Shown piece by piece: positions 58,497 to 64,000 of a stretch of 64,000 nucleotides of DNA. The notes below the pieces were generated by a model. It searched no databases, was not told the DNA's origin, and saw only the letters and a program-made list of their open reading frames with translations. Every line of letters begins with the position of its first letter. Position 1 is the stretch's first letter. A program made the position numbers and the translations under genes. Origin of the DNA: an uncultured Acidobacteriota bacterium (GTDB lineage Bacteria; Acidobacteriota; Vicinamibacteria; Vicinamibacterales; UBA8438); NCBI GenBank assembly GCA_913043225.1, contig CAJWLU010000006.1, positions 32,001 to 96,000 on the forward strand, read 5' to 3'.

Positions 58497-59768
58497 CTAC
58501 CCGAGTCCACCCAGGAACTCGAGCAACAGCTCGCTCGTCACCTCGGCCTGCTCCTGCTGGACCCAGTGACCGGCGCCATCGACCAGATGGACCGCCCGCA
58601 TGTCCGTACAGTTCCGCTCCTGCATCCGCTCGAACGCTCCTGGGCTCTGGTAGGTACCCCAGTCTGAGGCGCCGCTGATGAACATCGACGGCTGGTCGAT
58701 GGTCCGCCCCGCATAGAGCTCGACCTCTTCACGGCCGACCCGGTTGCTGCCCATCCGGTAGCCGTTGAGCCCACCCTGGAACCCGGTCCGCCCGTATTCC
58801 TCGGCGTAGACTGCCAGGGCCGTTTCGGGCAGCCAGGTGTTGGCCGCGATGTGGGCGGCCGAGGGCATCTCGTTGGCCACCGTTTCGGCCATTCCCTGGT
58901 CGAGCTGCATGATGTAGTAGTTGGGCATCTTGGCCCACTCGCTCGCGGTGCGGGCGGCGAGTCGATACGGCTTGTTGTCTTCCCAGTCGGCGCTCTTGAA
59001 GTGGTAGTAGCCGCGCATGAACGCGTGCACGCCCTGCGGCGCCCGCCACATGTTGTCGTTGGCTCCGCGTGTCGTGTAGTAGCGCTGATAGTGCTTCCGG
59101 GGCTGCGGCAAGGCGGCGAGGTCGTCGTAGATGCTCGAGCCACGCGCGCCGCCATCCTCGCGGGGCGGATCGTCGGCGGTGTCGAACGGCAGCGAAGGCG
59201 TGCCCCCAGTGGGCGCGCTCATCATCACGACGGCCGGGAAGACGTCTGGACGGGCGATGCCGCACCAGGCCGCCAGCGGCGAGCCGGCGTCGTGGCCGAT
59301 CACGGCAGCCAGGGAGCGGTGGCCGAACGCTAGCACCACGCCGAGCGCGTCGCGCACCTTGTTCAGCGTGCGAAAGGGCGCCAGGTCGGTGTCGTAGTCG
59401 GGGCTCCACCCCGTAGTGCGGCCATAGCCGCGCACGTCGGGCACCATGACGTGGTAGCCGGCCTCAGCGAGCGGGACCATCACGTTCCGCCAGCTGTAGG
59501 CCAGTTCGGGAAAGCCGTGGAGGAGGAGCAGTCCGGGCTGGTCTCGATTGCCGGCTTCGAGCACGTGCACCCGCAAACCGTTGACGTTCTCGACGAAGCG
59601 TGACCGCACGCCGTCGGGCAGCCAGGACGAGGGATAGGGATCCAGGCGTACGCCTGGCCCGGTAGGCTGGGCGCCCGCTTCCCTGACCGCCAGGCCGGAG
59701 CCGAGGCTGGCCAGCGCGACGCCGGCGGACGACAGCTTCATTAGTTCGCGTCGTGAGAATTCGCTCAT
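58497..59768 (-). CDS. Tat-exported alpha/beta hydrolase (soluble epoxide hydrolase-like)
   Basis: SRRELM, LLHGFPELAYSWR, PDVRGYG, GHDAG and AGHWVQQEQ. Confidence 0.9.
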   Translation of the reverse strand: MSEFSRRELMKLSSAGVALASLGSGLAVREAGAQPTGPGVRLDPYPSSWLPDGVRSRFVENVNGLRVHVLEAGNRDQPGLLLLHGFPELAYSWRNVMVPLAEAGYHVMVPDVRGYGRTTGWSPDYDTDLAPFRTLNKVRDALGVVLAFGHRSLAAVIGHDAGSPLAAWCGIARPDVFPAVVMMSAPTGGTPSLPFDTADDPPREDGGARGSSIYDDLAALPQPRKHYQRYYTTRGANDNMWRAPQGVHAFMRGYYHFKSADWEDNKPYRLAARTASEWAKMPNYYIMQLDQGMAETVANEMPSAAHIAANTWLPETALAVYAEEYGRTGFQGGLNGYRMGSNRVGREEVELYAGRTIDQPSMFISGASDWGTYQSPGAFERMQERNCTDMRAVHLVDGAGHWVQQEQAEVTSELLLEFLGGLG

Positions 59769-59778
59769 GGCAGTGCCT

Positions 59779-61002
59779 CTATGGCGCGGGCTCGATTCTG
59801 AGCACCGCGCCGTCCTGCATGTCGGTGGTGAGATAGAGGTAGCCGTCCGGGCCCTGCTTGACGTCACGGATCCGTTGACCGAGGGTGGCGAACAGCGTTT
59901 CTCGGCGGCGCTCCAGGTTGTTGGCGTTGAACTGGATGCGAGAAACCTGCCGTCCGATCAGGCCTCCCACAAACAGGTCGCCGGTCCACTCGGGAAACTG
60001 GTCGCCGGTATAGAAGGCCATGCCGGCGATGGCGATCGACGGGGTGTAGTAGAGAAACGGCTCCTCCATCCCCGGCGCCGACGTGGGTGGCTGCACCGTA
60101 GGGGGCGGGAGACCCGAGCGCGCCCCTTCCGGATCGCTCGAATACGCTCGCCCGTAGGTCACGACCGGCCAGCCATAGTTCAGGCCCGGTCGGATGACGT
60201 TGACCTCGTCGCCACCCTGAGGGCCGTTCTCTGTCTCCCACAACTGCCCGGTCTCAGGGTGGAAGGCCATGCCGATGGCGTTTCGGATGCCCAGGACGTA
60301 GAGCTCTGGCAGATGGCCAGGTTCGTTCAAGAACGGGTTGTCGTCGGGAATCGACCCGTCGTCGTTCAGGCGAAGGAGTTTCCCGCCGTGGTGCTGCGGG
60401 TCCTGCGCCCAGCCGGTCTCGCCGGCCACGGTGCCGAACCCCGGGGCGCCGATCGCCACGAACAGCTTGTCGTCGGGGCCGAAGATGGCGCGGATGGCTG
60501 ATGGTCCGTCGGTCCAGGACACGGACTCGAAGATCTGCTCGGTGTCGACCAGCCGATGCCCGTCGAGCCGCCCGCGGTGGATCACGGCCGTCTGGACCCT
60601 TGGGTCATCCGGCTTCGGCGTCCAGAAGCTGACGTAGACCAGGCCGTTGTCCTCGAAGCGTGGATGGACCGTGACATCGACGCCAGCGGTGTCCCGTCGT
60701 TGGCTGGTGATGGGCGCCGGGAGGCCGATGATGGGGGTGGGGTCGAGCGCGTCGTTGCTGATACGACGGAGCGCCGACGTATTCTGCTCGGTCACCAGCA
60801 GGTCGCCATCAGGCAGGAAAGCGAGCGCCCAGGGATAGGTGAGGCCCTTGATCGGAACGACCCGCACCGGGCCGGTCTGGGTCGCCACTATCTGCGGTTC
60901 GTCAGGGAGCGCCGGTTGCGCCAGGACGGAGGCGGCGAGAAGGAGTCCGCCGAACGACACGGCGGTCACGATGACGGTGCGAAGTCGGGACTGGGTGGCC
61001 AT
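59779..61002 (-). CDS. PQQ-dependent sugar dehydrogenase (GSDH/YliI-like)
   Basis: PWALAFLPDG, GKLLRLNDDGSIPDDNPF, ENGPQGGDEVN, NYGWP and RIRDVKQGPDG. Confidence 0.9.
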   Translation of the reverse strand: MATQSRLRTVIVTAVSFGGLLLAASVLAQPALPDEPQIVATQTGPVRVVPIKGLTYPWALAFLPDGDLLVTEQNTSALRRISNDALDPTPIIGLPAPITSQRRDTAGVDVTVHPRFEDNGLVYVSFWTPKPDDPRVQTAVIHRGRLDGHRLVDTEQIFESVSWTDGPSAIRAIFGPDDKLFVAIGAPGFGTVAGETGWAQDPQHHGGKLLRLNDDGSIPDDNPFLNEPGHLPELYVLGIRNAIGMAFHPETGQLWETENGPQGGDEVNVIRPGLNYGWPVVTYGRAYSSDPEGARSGLPPPTVQPPTSAPGMEEPFLYYTPSIAIAGMAFYTGDQFPEWTGDLFVGGLIGRQVSRIQFNANNLERRRETLFATLGQRIRDVKQGPDGYLYLTTDMQDGAVLRIEPAP

Positions 61003-61012
61003 ATGCTCCTCG

Positions 61013-63295
61013 CTACTTCAGGGCCTCGAGTCGCGCCGGCACCGATTTGTGCCACGGCGTGCCGACGAAAGGGTCGCGGTCTTCGGCGGCCGTCAACTCG
61101 TTTGGCGCCGCGCCCGCCTGTTGGCGGGTCCCGTCGTCCTGAGGATAGTCGACGCCGAGCCCGTTGGGCAGAGCCAGCTGGCCCACCTGCATCCGGTCCG
61201 AGCTCTCGACCCGCACCTCGACCGTACCCCGTCGGGTCACGAGCCGCGCCACACCGCCGTCGTCGAGGCCAAGTCGGGTCAGATCGTCCGGGTGTACGCG
61301 CAAGGCACCCTCGGCGTCTCGACCACGCCAGGCGGGATTCCGGTTGATCGTGTTGGCTGTGAAGGCACGCCGCTCGCCGGCGGCCAGGACGAACGGGAAG
61401 CCGTCGTCCCGGGACGGCGGCGCTTCCGAATGGAGGCGGTTCAGCTCGACGAGCAGCTCCGGAATCACCGCCTGGATCTTCCCGTCAGGCGTGCCGAGGC
61501 GTTCCCAACTGACCGCGTGGTCGTCGCGGGTAAAGACGAAGCCGGATGGGCTCGTCAGGATGGCCTCGAACAGCGCCTCGCCCAGCGCGAAGGCGTCCTT
61601 CCCCTTGATGCCGGCTCGTCGAATCGAGTCGGGGTACTTCCGGGCGCACTCGTGCGCGAGCGGCCAGAGGAGCGCGGCCGAGTCGAGTCCCTCGGGGAGC
61701 GTCTCGCCCAGCGTGCGGTAGAGCAGCGCCGGCGCCAGCCAGCGCATGTCAGGGCGCTCCGCGGCGGCGCTCTGGAACAGCTCCGCGAACGCGGGACGCC
61801 CGCCGGCCTGCAGCGCGTCTCGCAACCCGGCCACGAGCTCGGTCGGTATCGCATTCATCGCCTCGGCCAGCCGGGCATGGATCTCGGCTTCGGGAAGGAC
61901 TGACTCGGGTGCCGGAAACAGCGGATGGCGCAGATGAAACGAATTGTCGGGCAACTCCGAGGTGAAGAAGGTGGCCTCCGCCTTCTCATACTGGGTGGCG
62001 GTCGGCAGCACGTACTCGGCCTCGCGCGCCGTCTCGGTCATGGCGACGTCGATGACCACGGTGAACTCGAGGGCCCGAAGCGCTTCGCGCATTTTCTGGC
62101 TGTCGGCCAGCGAATGCGCCGGGTTGGCGCTCTCGACAATCATCGCGCGGTAACGGTCCGGGTGGTCGGTGAGAATCTCTTCGGGGATGACGTTGCAGGG
62201 GACCAGACCCGAGATGATTGGTGCCCCGGCCACCGGCGTAGTGCGGGCGGAACGTCCACCGGCCAGCGCACGGATGTGGCTGGGCACGACCTGCGAGCCC
62301 TGCTTCCCGAAGCTGCCGGTCACAATCCAGAGCAGCCGATGCAGATAGCTGACGAGGGTGGAGTGCCGGTTCATCTGCACGCCCAGGTCCTCGAACAACG
62401 CCAGCCGGTCAGCGCCGGCCATCACTCGCGCCGCGCGCCGGACCAGCGCCTTGTCCAGGCCGCAGCGCTGGCAGGCGTCGGCGATGGACACGCGTTCGAG
62501 GGCCGGACGGACCGCATCGAACCCGATGGTGTGCTCGGTAAGCCAGTGCTCGTCGACGAGCCGCTCGTCGAGGATCACCCCCAGCAGCGCCTGGAGCAGC
62601 CAGGCGTCGGTGCCCGGTCGCACGGCCAGGTGGATGTCGGCCAGCTCGGCGGTCTCGGTGCGAACCGGGTCGATCACGATCATCTGGCGCTCGGGGTCGC
62701 GGGCGATCTCCTTGAGCACGGCGCGGGCACGGGCGATGCTGTGTGACTGCCACGGGTTCTTGCCCAGGAACACCGCCACGTCACAGCGCTCGAAGTCGCC
62801 CCGGGCGTGGGCGCCGAACATTTCGTGGCTGACCCAGAACTCGCCGGTCTTCTCCTGAGCCAAGGCGTTCGAGCGATAGCGAACGCCTAGCGCCCCGCGG
62901 GTCGTGGTGGCGTAGCCACCCGGGAAGTGGTTGCCCTGTCCGCCGCCGCCGTAATAGAGAATCGACGTGCCGCTGTGGGTGTCACGCACCGCCTGGAGTC
63001 GGTCGGCCACCTCGCGGATGGCCGTCTCCCAGCCCACCGGCTCGAAATCACCATCGGCGCGGCGCCGCATCGGAGAGAGCAGCCGGTCGCGGTTGTTCTG
63101 GTAGTGGTCGAGCGTGCCCGCCTTCTGACACAGGTACCCCCGTGACGAGGGGTGCGCGCGATCGCCGCGAATGCGCTCGAGCACGCGGCCGTCGTCGCCC
63201 CCGAGCTGCACCTCGACCCCGCAATTACATTCACAGAGGATGCAGGCGGTTGGTTTCCAGTCGCTCACGAGAGGGTCTCCCGGGTCGCGTGACAA
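61013..63295 (-). CDS. Molybdopterin-dependent oxidoreductase (DMSO reductase superfamily) with N-terminal 4Fe-4S domain
   Basis: TACILCECNCG...GYLCQK, RLLSPM, PGTDAW, MTETAREAEYVLP and a C-terminal binding domain. The start could instead be GTG 63268. Confidence 0.9.
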   Translation of the reverse strand: MSRDPGDPLVSDWKPTACILCECNCGVEVQLGGDDGRVLERIRGDRAHPSSRGYLCQKAGTLDHYQNNRDRLLSPMRRRADGDFEPVGWETAIREVADRLQAVRDTHSGTSILYYGGGGQGNHFPGGYATTTRGALGVRYRSNALAQEKTGEFWVSHEMFGAHARGDFERCDVAVFLGKNPWQSHSIARARAVLKEIARDPERQMIVIDPVRTETAELADIHLAVRPGTDAWLLQALLGVILDERLVDEHWLTEHTIGFDAVRPALERVSIADACQRCGLDKALVRRAARVMAGADRLALFEDLGVQMNRHSTLVSYLHRLLWIVTGSFGKQGSQVVPSHIRALAGGRSARTTPVAGAPIISGLVPCNVIPEEILTDHPDRYRAMIVESANPAHSLADSQKMREALRALEFTVVIDVAMTETAREAEYVLPTATQYEKAEATFFTSELPDNSFHLRHPLFPAPESVLPEAEIHARLAEAMNAIPTELVAGLRDALQAGGRPAFAELFQSAAAERPDMRWLAPALLYRTLGETLPEGLDSAALLWPLAHECARKYPDSIRRAGIKGKDAFALGEALFEAILTSPSGFVFTRDDHAVSWERLGTPDGKIQAVIPELLVELNRLHSEAPPSRDDGFPFVLAAGERRAFTANTINRNPAWRGRDAEGALRVHPDDLTRLGLDDGGVARLVTRRGTVEVRVESSDRMQVGQLALPNGLGVDYPQDDGTRQQAGAAPNELTAAEDRDPFVGTPWHKSVPARLEALK

Positions 63296-63382
63296 AGAGG
63301 CACGCCGGCCGAGAGTATCACCACCCGCCTGATACCATCTCCCAAACGAGATGGCCCGGACGGGCTACAGAAAGGTTGACCC

Positions 63383-64000
63383 ATGGCGAAGGCGCGTTCA
63401 TTGACGGCAGTCACTCTCGGCGGGGCGATCGTGGTCGCCGCATGCGGTTCCGAGCCGGCGTCGGCGCCGGAACTGGTCATTGAGGCAGGACAGGTCACCG
63501 TGGCTCAAGGCCTGGCGGACGGCGTGCCGTCCGACCGGGATCCCAACGTCTGGGTGTATCGTGGACTGCCGTTCGCTGCGCCGCCGGTGGGCGATCTGCG
63601 CTGGCGTCCGCCAGAGCCGTCGTCGGAATGGACCGGGGTCCGCGATGCCTCGGCCGCCGGGGCCTCCTGCATCCAGGTGAACGCCCAGGCGTCGAACGCC
63701 GCGTTCTATGACGCAGGGGTGGAGGAGACGTCCGAAGACTGCTTGTATCTGAACGTCTGGACAGCGGCCTCGTCGGGAGATGCGTTGCCGGTGCTCGTGT
63801 GGATTCATGGGGGTGGTCTGAGGATCGGGAACGGGGCGGACAGTTCCTATGACGGGGCCGCGCTGGCGGGGCGTGGGGCGGTCGTGGTGACCATCAACTA
63901 CCGGATGGGCGCGCTCGGGTATCTGGCGCATCCCTTGCTCAGCGAAGAGTCGGCGCACGGGGCGTCGGGGAACTACGGGGTTCTTGACCAGATCGCTGCG
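63383..64000 (+). CDS. Type-B carboxylesterase lipoprotein (3' truncated by window edge)
   Basis: Lipobox VAAC, YRGLPFAAPPVGDLRWRPP, SEDCLYLNVW, VWIHGGG, TINYRMG and GNYGVLDQIA. Confidence 0.9.
   Translation, partial: MAKARSLTAVTLGGAIVVAACGSEPASAPELVIEAGQVTVAQGLADGVPSDRDPNVWVYRGLPFAAPPVGDLRWRPPEPSSEWTGVRDASAAGASCIQVNAQASNAAFYDAGVEETSEDCLYLNVWTAASSGDALPVLVWIHGGGLRIGNGADSSYDGAALAGRGAVVVTINYRMGALGYLAHPLLSEESAHGASGNYGVLDQIAA

Noticed and set aside
1..64000. CRISPR arrays, tRNA/rRNA genes, transposases or integrases
   Set aside because: No regularly spaced direct repeats, cloverleaf or rRNA signatures, or mobile-element motifs were found by inspection.

Overview
GC-rich bacterial DNA. The gene content resembles Acidobacteriota/Vicinamibacteria, but that placement is an inference. 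About 55 CDSs are present, mostly exported catabolic and redox enzymes: eight PQQ-type dehydrogenases, three PAL-like NHL propellers, two YncE-like propellers, three MBL-fold hydrolases, two amidases, several Tat-exported hydrolases and four paralogs of an uncharacterised secreted family ending in EYACHEGN. No rRNA, tRNA, CRISPR array or mobile element was recognised. The main result is a selenoprotein that the ORF track splits in two: an in-frame TGA at 29097 lies in a W-U-P-Y-C redox motif and is followed by a SECIS-like hairpin. It fuses a redoxin domain to a DsbD N-terminal-like domain and overlaps the start of a stand-alone twin PARP-type zinc-finger gene. Also notable are a PQQ dehydrogenase fused to a cupredoxin lacking the axial Met, a PQQ subfamily with a Cys pair where the metal-binding Glu usually sits, a YncE plus diheme cytochrome operon, and three pseudogene scars that the ORF track does not resolve.
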